64,000 nt of DNA, taken from contig BROI01000011.1 of NCBI GenBank assembly GCA_027923505.1, positions 310,001-374,000 of the forward strand, read 5' to 3'. Made by a program: the position numbers and the translations under genes. The notes under the pieces are model-generated. The model saw only the letters and a program-made list of their open reading frames with translations, did no database searches and was not told the origin of the DNA. Of the stretch, positions 36,101 through 46,158 are shown piece after piece. Numbering within the stretch: the stretch's first letter is position 1; each line of letters opens with the position of its first letter. Origin of the DNA: Mayamaea pseudoterrestris. Lineage: Eukaryota.

Positions 36101-39100
36101 AGAAGGACTTTATAGTGAAGGTCCTTTTGCGCCACCTCTGGCTGTGCAAAGCCAATCGCCCCAGGAAAGTCGCGTTTGGCGACCTTCAAAATGGCATTCG
36201 CAAGTTCCAAAACGTCCTTGGTGGTTCGATAATTGACCAACAGATGCGCTACATTTTTCAGCTTGACATCAGGTCGGATAGTGCCGAGGACTTCCTTCAG
36301 TCCCTCAAAACTAAATGAACAGCCGGGTGTAATCATCTGAGCCGGATCGCCTGCACAAACCCAGTGAGGAGCAGTCGACGTCCTTCCGGCCAAACTGCAT
36401 AGGAGATAAATGGATGCGTATGACAAATCTTGCACCTCATCAAGATAAGCTGCAATTTATGAGAATGTCAGCATTATAAGAAGCAAAAGTGCTGAAGCTA
36501 TAATAATAAACGACGCACCTGATGAAAACAGCTCGAAGTTGTTATCCACGGTAAGTTTCGATCGTAGCCAAACCAGTAGCCTCAGTACGAGATCATGATT
36601 GTCAAAAAAACCATTGTCTCGCTTCCAAATTTTGTAACGAAGAAATATATCGTAAACAGAGTTGCGTCGGGACCGACCATCGCTTGACTTGCTCTCAATG
36701 TTACTCCGCTTTGTCAAACTATACTGTTCTCGCGTGAGCGGCATCAACTGTACTACCGAGTCGAGAGACCCCATAATCACCCCTCCAATCTCATTTTCGA
36801 CAAGCTGCATCTCCACGGGCAATGCGTCATGGGATGTTCTCGTGTTGACAAATCTTACAAACGTGCACAGGTTACTGGGGTGCAAGTCTTTCGCATACTG
36901 CCTCGAGAGAAAATCGAGCACGTCGTGGTACGTGAGAAAGCAAACGTCTGGAAGACTTTGATTGCTTGCGTTCTGCATGTCTCGATACTCTTGCGTAAGG
37001 CGTTTGCACAGTCGCGGCGACACGGTGATGAAGCACGGCGATCGTTCATCGACAGTGTCCAAATTCGAGTGATACGCAACATGTTGTAATAGGACCAACG
37101 TTTTTCCAGTACCTGAACGCGACTCAACGAGAAGGGGAGGACTCGATAAAGATACTCTTTCTTGAAGAGCATCCAATTGCACAGCGCCCGCAGGAAGAAT
37201 CGCATTAGAGCATATTGCCTTTTGTGTCTCATTATTAAGGGGCCAGGAGGAAAGCGGGTGGCTCAAAATGGGGCTCTCTGTCACATCGCTCAAATCAACT
37301 CGACTGGTCATAAGCAGTCCACTCAAATTTTGACGCACCATACATGCAAAGACGGCTGCAGGAATTTCAGGATGGCGTTGAATAAATTGGCGACACTCAT
37401 CAGGTGAGCCCACAAAATGAGCCTCAATAATAGGTTTATCCTGGCCTTCTTTTGCAAGCCAAACAACGTTCAAAGAACGTCGATATTTCGTCAAATACGA
37501 AATGTACCAATTCGGACCAGTCCGTGACGGAATGGTTGACCCCAATGCACCACAATCAGGAACTGAAATCGCCAGTACCGTATTAAGGGCAATATTTTTG
37601 TCGCACTCGCGCATTTTCTGAACGCAATCACAAAAGCGGGCGTTCATAACAGGCTTCCAAATTGTTACTTGGTCCCAATTAGGCGCGCTCCATGGCTGGG
37701 CACGAACTTTCGAAACATGTAAGAGTCCCTCGCCCTCGACAAACTCACAAAGCTTTCGCAGCGTCGACCTTGGTCCGAGCGATAAGAAAAAGCGACGCTC
37801 TCCAACAACTCTAACTAGCAGTTTCCCTCTCGTAAGACCAACGCACAATCGTTGCTCGCTGTCAACAAATCCAATTTGCCGAGTCCTGACGGTTGACAAA
37901 ATTACAATCTCGCCTTCTTGGCCCTGAAATGAATCTACAGTTGCTACTTCAATAGGCAGTCCAAGCCCTTCAAGTGATTCTTTCAACAATTTCACTTGTG
38001 AGCGGTAGGGCGCAATGACGATAATCCGGGGGTTGATATGACTATCGAGTATTCGAAGAATGTCTGGGTCAGTTTTTATAAGTGACTTGATTACCACCGC
38101 TTCGTACGGATTTCTATGAGAGTAAAAATCTCGTTCTTCTTTCCCGCGGCGCTGAGTGTCGACAAAGAGGAATGGCTGATCAACGCGAGGTTCCCGACCA
38201 AAAACATTGTCGCCTGATTGGATCCGATTCTTATAAAATGCGCGATTTGGAAATTTGAGAATTAGCGGATCCATTCTGTATTGAGTATCCAGCAGGTGGA
38301 CTGATTCGGGATAAAGGCGTTGCACCTTCTCTAACCAAGATATGCCGAATCCGGCAGTGGCACAGTCTGGGCTAATGACAGTCGCCGGCAGTTGGCACGG
38401 GTCACCGATGACGATAATTCGTTTGACGCCCGGAAAACTCGTCGCTATGTAAAAGTCAGACTCAGGCGTCTGGCCAGCCTCGTCCAGCATCAACGTCGCG
38501 GCTTCGTAATACTTTCGTAACAACCCAGATCCGGCTTGGTTAAGTGTGCAAAACGCGACTGACGCTGCTCCGAGGCAAGCTGCCATGAGACGACCATAAT
38601 TGTCTCCGTCGCTTATTGGACAGAGGGAGCGCAATTCTTCCATCGAGAAATGACTTCCAACCAAACGAAGCCACTCAATAAATTCCAGTCGGGCTTTCTC
38701 TTTGCGTGCTTCCAATGTCGCCTTTTGATTCTCAGCTTCAGTCTTAGCAATTAAATCGTTGATCATATCCAAATCACATAATAGGTTCCTGAATTTTTCT
38801 CCGCGGAGTTTGGGATTGAGAAACTGTACCGACGAATCGCAATTCTCCCCGTAAACCACAAGATTCTTTGAGTCGTATACGCCAGTCGCAAAGACTTTTA
38901 ACGCGATGTTTGCAACCGCGGCATTAGACGGCGCCGTAACAAGAACACGGTCTTCTTTAGCCGCTGCACAAATCATCGAAACAGCGGCTGTTGTCTTGCC
39001 AGTCCCAGGGGGGCCTTGAATGCAAAAGAAACCTTCAGTAAAGTTCCGTGAAGCAACGGTTGCCACCGCTTGACGCTGCGAAACATTCAAATGCTGAATG

Positions 39101-39648
39101 CTGTCCTCGTTAACGCTTTTGAGCACCTGCAGATTTCTTTCGACCGGTTGCAACATTTCCCTACGCATGGCCCAATGCGAGAGTGCGTCAACAGGCGCCT
39201 TTAATGCTTCAAGCACACGGACGGTCCCGGAGAGTGAAGCTACTTTCCATTTCGGAAACAGCGCATCGAGTTCAAACAAGTCTTTCCCACCGTCATACCA
39301 TATGAGTTTCCTTGTGTTCTTCCGTGGCAGAACCACTGCTATATTTTTCCGTGGCTGGTTTATTGTCGCGCACATAAGACAGACGTCATAAGGCCTTAAA
39401 TCGTCTACGTCAATTGTGGTCGTATCTGAACCTGTCTTTTCTTTTTCAAGTGATTCGGCAAACTCAAGTTGGACCATGTAGTAAAGCCGATCCATGTCTC
39501 CGGCGTCCAAATGATCGTTCAGTGGCTGGACATACCTTGGATTGGGCTTTACGTTCCCAAAACAAATTTGAAGTAGCAGCAGGTGCTGGTTCGAAAATGA
39601 GTGCGGCAGATATGGTCGAACTATGCGTTCAAACGCTTCGACGTCCAT
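33199..39648 (-). CDS. Double SF1 helicase: Upf1/DNA2/NAM7-like plus TRANK1/UvrD-like, with TPR-like helical tail; exons 39648-36519 and 36449-33199 (~2126 aa)
   Basis: Helicase 1: LNVSQRQAV, QGPPGTGKT, LDEAGQ, IGDPCQLP, LLDTQYRM, IAPYRSQ, TVDSFQGQE, VGLTRGK. Helicase 2: SRSGTGKT, YLDEVQD (restored by the 69-bp intron 36518-36450, GTGCGT...TTGCAG), AGDPAQ, NYRT, SKGLEFDDV, ELYVAITR. Confidence 0.9.
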
Positions 39649-39990
39649 GATCGGCTACCGCAATCCTCTACCACCGATATCAAAAATTAAAAGGAATAAA
39701 GTGTTTATCCAGATGTAACCCAAACTAATTCCAGCGACCGCTTCAGCGACCGAATACGGGTCAAGCGAATGTCTGGTGACGTCTGTAATGTGTTGCGCAG
39801 CGCTCACAGATGACGGAACGCCGACCACTACTACTGCAACCAATTCGAGTTCATGTGCACCTTGCAAACGAGCCAATCGGCCGGATGGATGAATTCCTAG
39901 CAGCCGTTTATCGCGTCAACGGAAATCTTCAGGTTTTACTGTAAACTGGCGACAACTTAATGATGCGCAGTCTCTCCTCAACAGTACGTA

Positions 39991-42321
39991 TCAAGTCCGA
40001 AACAGTCGCATTGCTAAAACATCATGGCAAGGTTGAACGGCCTCTAACGTTGGTGAACTCGCCGATCCTGCCCAATCCGCATCATCAGCCAGTGATTGAC
40101 CCACTTTAACGCCAAGCTGCGCCGCCGCCTGCGCTTGCGACAAGACCTTGACACTCGCCAAGGGTCCCAACAAGTTGAGCCTGACTGCGGCCGAAACCAT
40201 GTCTCGCGCGACACAAAAGCCAACTAGTTCGCACGCCTCCTGCTCTGGTACTTGCAGCAAGGCTGTCGCGGTGCCAAACACGGTCGACAAATGCCCCACC
40301 GTATCGGATGCATCAATTTCACACTGGAGTTGTTGCAACACAATATGATCATTGGTACCGCCTCCGCTGGTTTCATTGCCGTTGCTCGACGTTATCAACT
40401 GGCTCACAACTCGCAGCAGACTTCGTCCCTGATCCAAGGACGCGCGACAAGCTGGCCCATTGCCGGCGAGAAACACGTGCGCGTTGCGGTCCATGCTGCG
40501 CCAGGCGGACGCAAAGTCACGATTGGAATCACTATTCGCCACAACATTCCTCGCCAGTCGATGCGACTGAACGACAAACGGCACTGCGCCTTGCACCATG
40601 GATTGCGTCGAAGATTTGATAAAGGTGAACAGATTGTGTTCGAGCGCATCACCTCCGTCACCATCTTGCAGTAAACCAAGCTGACTGGCAGCTTCGAGCC
40701 CGGCCGAATGCGCAAAACTGCCAACCGGCAAGGCCGAGTCTGCCAAAATGTAAGCAATCCAAGAGCGTGGAGCGGTGGATGCCGAGTTTAATTCCGATTT
40801 TAATGTCGTATTGCTTGCACTTGTAATAGAATCAAGACTTGCCTTTCTACCATTTTCATTCGTATAAATGCTGCTGCTCGTGGCCACTTTCGTCACTGGC
40901 ATTGTCGCCGACTTTGTCGCTCGTATGCGATCCTTGTAAAACTCCATTCCAAAGTCGTTTGCCAGCGGACGCAGACTGTAGTGCAAACATCGATACAAGT
41001 CCTGGTTGGACTGGGCGGCCCACTTCATCAAGTATATGGCATGATGGTCGTCGTTAATTGTATCATCATTATTGTTACTGCCATGACTTGAATCATCATG
41101 GAATGCATTTGTTGGTATCCGCGTCATGCCCAGAATGACTCGACCAGCCAGTGATTCCATAATTAAATCGTTGGACACTGCCGAAGGCAACCTGCCGCCG
41201 TGATGATTGCCATCATGTTGTTGCTGCTGCGGCGTTTCGTCATGTTGCTGTCGATGATTGCCGACTCTGACGCGCGCATGCGGCTGCATCAGTTGCGTTT
41301 GCAAGCGGCGACACTGCTCCACCACCATGCGCGTCCGTGGTCCAGTGACGAGCATGGAAACTGAACTAGCGAGTGAATCGAAAAGTCCAAGATGCAATGG
41401 CATTGAGTGTGATTGCATTACCAACGCATCCACGAGTAGCGATTGTTGACTTGCATCGTAGCAGCGCAGCTGCGTCTGGAGCAGCGAGTCGCTAATCGTC
41501 GTCGTTGTTGCATCACTAGCATTTGCACTTGCTCTTGCACTTATCCAGTCAATCACGACGCACGAGGCCGAAAAGTCGTTGATGTGGACACTCGTCACTT
41601 GCTCCAAGCGCGATCCAACCATGGTCACTAATGGATCGGGCGCCACGACGAGCAGCGCGTCGGCCTCCAACTCGTAGGTGGAGCGCATGCGAGTCATGGA
41701 TAATGGTAATTTTGTTGCTACTGCATTTTGATGTTGTTGCTCATTGTTACTGCGACGCATGGGATAGACGCGCGTATGTCCCTGCGTTAACAGTCCCAGC
41801 GTGGCTTGTCGTTTCACATGCACATTGACGTCCAAGTCGTCGCCACTCACCAAGCCGCCGCCGTAGGACGCTTGGTAGCAGATTGCGGCGCCTGCGTGAA
41901 TGACACTTAATGATTGGCATGGCACCAATCGCAGTGGTGATTGGTGCGAGAGTTTCGTCAAGTGAGTCTGTGGTCGAGACGTCTTGCTGTCATGGGGGCT
42001 GCCAAGTCGCTGCTCCACCGAAGCTTCCAACATTGCGATTCCATGCTGCTGATGGCGCCGCTGCTCCCCGTGTGCTTCCAAAATGACGACTCCATGCTGC
42101 TGATGACGTCTGTGCCGACCATGTGATGGGTGAGGGGTAGGACGAGGAGTTTTGGAATCATCATCATGACGTTGCTGCCGTACTGTCGCATGCAACGTTT
42201 CATCTCTTGTGGCTGTGTAATGAAGCAGAGACTTGGAGACGCGTGACTGTCGTGACGCTGGCTGCTGCCGTAGGAATGGTTGTCTCGATGACAATCGCTG
42301 GCCAAGCAGCGGTATCCTCAT
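39991..42321 (-). CDS. ureD-ureF: Fused urease accessory protein UreD-UreF
   Basis: UreD motifs SPLRL, YGGGLVSGD, LLTQGHTRVY, PDP, VIDW; UreF motifs LADSALPVGSFAHSAGLEAA, RASLDQGRSLL, GH, SAAVRLNLLGP and terminal RLFRT, all in one ORF. Start could be 42369. Confidence 0.9.
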   Translation of the reverse strand: MRIPLLGQRLSSRQPFLRQQPASRQSRVSKSLLHYTATRDETLHATVRQQRHDDDSKTPRPTPHPSHGRHRRHQQHGVVILEAHGEQRRHQQHGIAMLEASVEQRLGSPHDSKTSRPQTHLTKLSHQSPLRLVPCQSLSVIHAGAAICYQASYGGGLVSGDDLDVNVHVKRQATLGLLTQGHTRVYPMRRSNNEQQHQNAVATKLPLSMTRMRSTYELEADALLVVAPDPLVTMVGSRLEQVTSVHINDFSASCVVIDWISARASANASDATTTTISDSLLQTQLRCYDASQQSLLVDALVMQSHSMPLHLGLFDSLASSVSMLVTGPRTRMVVEQCRRLQTQLMQPHARVRVGNHRQQHDETPQQQQHDGNHHGGRLPSAVSNDLIMESLAGRVILGMTRIPTNAFHDDSSHGSNNNDDTINDDHHAIYLMKWAAQSNQDLYRCLHYSLRPLANDFGMEFYKDRIRATKSATMPVTKVATSSSIYTNENGRKASLDSITSASNTTLKSELNSASTAPRSWIAYILADSALPVGSFAHSAGLEAASQLGLLQDGDGGDALEHNLFTFIKSSTQSMVQGAVPFVVQSHRLARNVVANSDSNRDFASAWRSMDRNAHVFLAGNGPACRASLDQGRSLLRVVSQLITSSNGNETSGGGTNDHIVLQQLQCEIDASDTVGHLSTVFGTATALLQVPEQEACELVGFCVARDMVSAAVRLNLLGPLASVKVLSQAQAAAQLGVKVGQSLADDADWAGSASSPTLEAVQPCHDVLAMRLFRT

Positions 42322-42902
42322 GGTGGATCTGTGTGCGACGGAACGGAATTCACAGTGCCAGTGCGACATTTGTGATCGCCGATGGAGACGACCATGGTGG
42401 AACGAACGTTAGCAAGTGTTGTTTCACGTCTTCTTTTATTATTTAGCCGACTTGATGAACATGAATAGTAGATTGTCGTGACTTTAATCTAAAAGCATGC
42501 CATAGACCAATTGCTATACCAAACAGTATGCCTATAAAGCTGTCAGCTTCATACCCATTTGAAAAATAAGCGGGAACGCGGATATCAACCGGCGTGTATC
42601 CCGTGGTTTTACCGACCCATTGGCCACTCATCAGACTGTTGCGACTGCTGCATGATCGACCGGAGACGGACAAACTGACTGGGAACATTCACTTATTCTT
42701 CAGTGAGTACAGCTTACCTACCAAATTACCCAGTAAAGTCGATGTATTAGGCGCGCCATCCTTTAACCTGAACAGCACCTGCAAACAGATTCATCGAGTA
42801 GCTTCAGTGCCGCTTGTAATGCGGATGAGGGTTCCCCGTTACTCTTCAAAAGTAGCCTTAAAGAGTCTTAAAGTTTGCCGACGACGTTTTGACCGTGGCT
42901 GC

Positions 42903-44074
42903 TCATCGACGCTTCATCCCTCGCTTGGCGTTCCTGCGAGCACTCTTTGGAGTATTGGCGTGGCTCTTGTTGGATCCTTGCTTGTTGGTGTCGATGCCTT
43001 GATGGCCGCCTCGTCCGTTGGCTACAATGTACTCATCTGGACGAATGTCTCGTCCTTCATTGTTCCATACTGTCCTCCATTTCAACAGAGTCTTGCGCAC
43101 GTGATCTGGTTTAATGGCATTCAGTATGTAATTTGGAATAAATGGAATATCTGGTCTCAGACCATGGTTGGTCGCGCACGAGTGTGCGTCCCTGTAGCGT
43201 TTGCCTTGTCGACAAGGTCCTGCTCGCGACCTCTAATAGCGTTAACAGCATCATCCAAGGTCAATCCTGATTGGCGCTCTATAATTTGAACGGTGATGTC
43301 GTAGTCTTTGTTTGCAATACCATTGAGGAAATCTAGCAGCTTGATAGTGTCCGGCAGACCGGCATTCAACTGCTCCAATTTATGACAGCTTACCAAGAAC
43401 GTATTGATATAGCTGCTTGCCGTATGGTTCTCATCCAATCTTGCCTCTCGCAATCTCTGGCAATGGTACTGAATGAGGGAGCGTCGCGTTGGAGACGGCG
43501 TGTACCATTCGACTAACTTTTGCCACGCCTCGTATCCGTTTCGATTCTCAACGCCATCGACAATGTGATACGCATCACCATTAACGACGGCTAAAAATAG
43601 CATCAAGTAGAACGCTCTGTTTAGCGTCTGCGCGTTTACATCATTTGCGGCAGGCTCCGTTGTCAAGAGTGTTGCGTATAACGATTGATGGATCGTCCGC
43701 CTTGCCTTGATCTCCCAATTTTCCCAATCCAAATCGGCGCCCGTAAACGAGTCCAATGGAATCGTTGTAATCCAGAGATCGTTTTCTGGTGCAGCTGCTG
43801 GCGCTCCAGCAGGTTGCTGTGGGTTGCCTTGGTGTGACAGGTATTCACGAATCGTTGCCATTGTAGTCTCCGCCGTGAGCGCCTGACCCTTGGACACGAA
43901 TTCTCTAATGAGCTCAAGCTTTCGGTGCACCATGACAGTAGCTCCAGGCAAAGCATTCTCGAGGTCTCTACGTGATACTAGTCTTAGGTCATCGATTGAT
44001 AAAATCCCTGCTGCAGCCAAAGCAGCAATGTGCTCCGCCGTTAGATTCGCCAAGGCGATGACGACGGCGTCCAT
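42903..44074 (-). mobile_element. Stand-alone copia gag-like gene or relic (305-aa ORF 44074-43157 plus frameshifted tail)
   Basis: DWENWEIK, NGYEAWQKLVEWY, YINTF, FLNGI..YD are copia gag capsid-like motifs; SAM-like N-terminus. No pol or LTR pair seen. Confidence 0.65.
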
Positions 44075-44579
44075 ATTGATTCTCTTTTACTCGTCTCAGT
44101 AGTGCATTGATGCGTATTCTATCTTATAGACTGTAATGGCCTGTTAGCGCCCAGGACGGAAGATAGCAACAACCCGAGACGTCCTTTCGAACAACAACAA
44201 AGGAAAGTCCTCCGCCGTGTTTTCCATCAACCCGTGTATCGGCCTCTTGTGTTCTCGGCCAGTACCGTTGCGTCATTTGCAGCTATCACACCTTTCTTCA
44301 CCGAAAGTATAGCATAATCACTATTATCATACTTTCACTCTTTGATCAAATATGTCTGTCACAGAGTCTCAAGAAGCATGTCGCCTTGATGACAGTCGCC
44401 TCGCAAGGTGAGGCTGTCTGCTAGACTCGAGAATGAGCATGCCACTTCTACAACCGCTACAGATTTCGAAGCCCAACCATGTTGAGCATGAAGATGATTG
44501 GTCTGCTAAGAAAATACATATGCATAAGAAGAGTTAACTAATTCCCATAATAGATGATGAGATGCAGACTAACACAATA

Positions 44580-45773
44580 CTACAAGCCAACAAACATGGG
44601 GCGCTTGGGCTGCAGCATGTTTTCGGGCAGTCCATCACTCATTTTGGCCATTTGCAGCGCCTCCACATCGGGCAGTTCCCTTGGAATTTCCTCATGGTAG
44701 ACTCTCAAGTTGTCCTTGTCGGCCTCGTGGAAGCGATCCTGCACCACGGGCAGCATGGCCAAGCACTCGCGCAACGTATAGGAAGCAACCCCGTCCGATG
44801 GCAAGCTGCGCAAAAAGTCGCGACATGACTCTAATTTTTGCAGCGCCGCGCGCAGTCGACATATTTCATTTCCCCACTGCGCACATCGTCGACACTCTAA
44901 AGCGACGTAATACATTGCCTTGGCCGCACACAGCATGCTGTTGGCCTTGCAGTAGCTGCCCCATTCAATGGCGGACGCATGCAGCTCCGACTGCAGTCGC
45001 GCATCCTGCGTCGCTTGCAAGGCGTCATTGTACAGCTCGTGCGCGGACTGCGCCAGTTTGGATAGCAAATGATGCTTGGTGGAAACGTCTGCGCCGAGAG
45101 AGACCATGCGAAATATGTAGTCCTGCGCCGACGCCGTTAAAAACTTGATCCAAAACTGTAGGTGACTCGGGCTGACATCCACCGTCACGTAAACGTCTTG
45201 CTGCGATGACACGAGTTGCTGGAGCGTGTGCAGTAGGCGCGCTGCGTCCTGCAGTTGCTTGACCGCCTGCTTGCACGCATCGCGGTTGGTCTTGTCGACA
45301 GAGGCAACGCAATGCGTGAGGAGGGCCGCCACGTTGTAGCAGACGCAGGTTCGCTCCCACAGTAGCGACGAGTGCGATTCAACTGCATGAGGTGGATACG
45401 CTCCCTTCCAACGCAGTGTGATGCTGTTACATTCATTGTTGTTATTGCTGTTATTTTCACTCGTTGGAAAACCGCGTTGCTCAAACTGCAGCAAGCAGGC
45501 GTGGTATTCCTGCAAATCCTCGAGACCGCCTTCCTCCGTGGCATGCTGATGCGAGTTGGACTTGGTCAAGACTTCCGTCGCAGCGTTTCGCAAGGCTTGC
45601 AGTCGCAGCAGTTCGTTGCGGCAATCACTAGAAGTAAAGCTTGGCTTTGGCAATACGAACTCCAATGGGTTGGACGAGTCGAACGTGACCTGCTGATTGG
45701 GGTCGTCGAGCCAGTCGGAGAGGGCTTTGGAAAGTTCGTAGTGACTGCAAGCTTTTAATGGGAGAGTAAGCAT
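44580..45773 (-). CDS. BRO1-domain protein
   Basis: MLTLPLK start, LQALRN, WERTCVCYNVAAL, AVKQLQDAA, GNEICRL and ADKDNLRVYHEEIP match the BRO1 pattern; no V or proline-rich domain. Confidence 0.88.
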   Translation of the reverse strand: MLTLPLKACSHYELSKALSDWLDDPNQQVTFDSSNPLEFVLPKPSFTSSDCRNELLRLQALRNAATEVLTKSNSHQHATEEGGLEDLQEYHACLLQFEQRGFPTSENNSNNNNECNSITLRWKGAYPPHAVESHSSLLWERTCVCYNVAALLTHCVASVDKTNRDACKQAVKQLQDAARLLHTLQQLVSSQQDVYVTVDVSPSHLQFWIKFLTASAQDYIFRMVSLGADVSTKHHLLSKLAQSAHELYNDALQATQDARLQSELHASAIEWGSYCKANSMLCAAKAMYYVALECRRCAQWGNEICRLRAALQKLESCRDFLRSLPSDGVASYTLRECLAMLPVVQDRFHEADKDNLRVYHEEIPRELPDVEALQMAKMSDGLPENMLQPKRPMFVGL

Positions 45774-46158
45774 GATGCGAGTAATAAAGTTGAGTTAACT
45801 TCTCTACTGTATATCAAAGGAGTCGGCTCAATTTTTATGCGAAACGTCTGCTTGCGGTTGAGAAAGGTGTGTCACGCGTTACGACATGAGTTTTCACAGT
45901 AAGATTTCATGAATATGAGTCATATTCAAACATAAGTCTTTTGAGTCAGTGCGACATCATCGAATTGCCGATGACGCCGATGACCATGACGAAGAAGATG
46001 AGGGCAGCATCAACAAGTTTCTCCCTGTTCGTCATGCCGACCTACTGAACAGCAATTCAAACTCAAGTTGAAGAGTACTGTTGTATTAAGTAGACTGCAG
46101 CTGCGACATTCTTCGGATTGACGTGTCTGGAACGTTTTCTGCTTTTCGGCCATTCGCC

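Noticed and set aside
39655..39876. 73-aa ORF as an upstream exon of the double helicase
   Set aside because: No ATG start and no convincing splice donor; cannot be supported without transcripts.
29108..45773. ESCRT cluster (CHMP7-like plus BRO1) linked to the gag genes
   Set aside because: The two are about 14 kb apart with unrelated genes between; co-location is plausible by chance.
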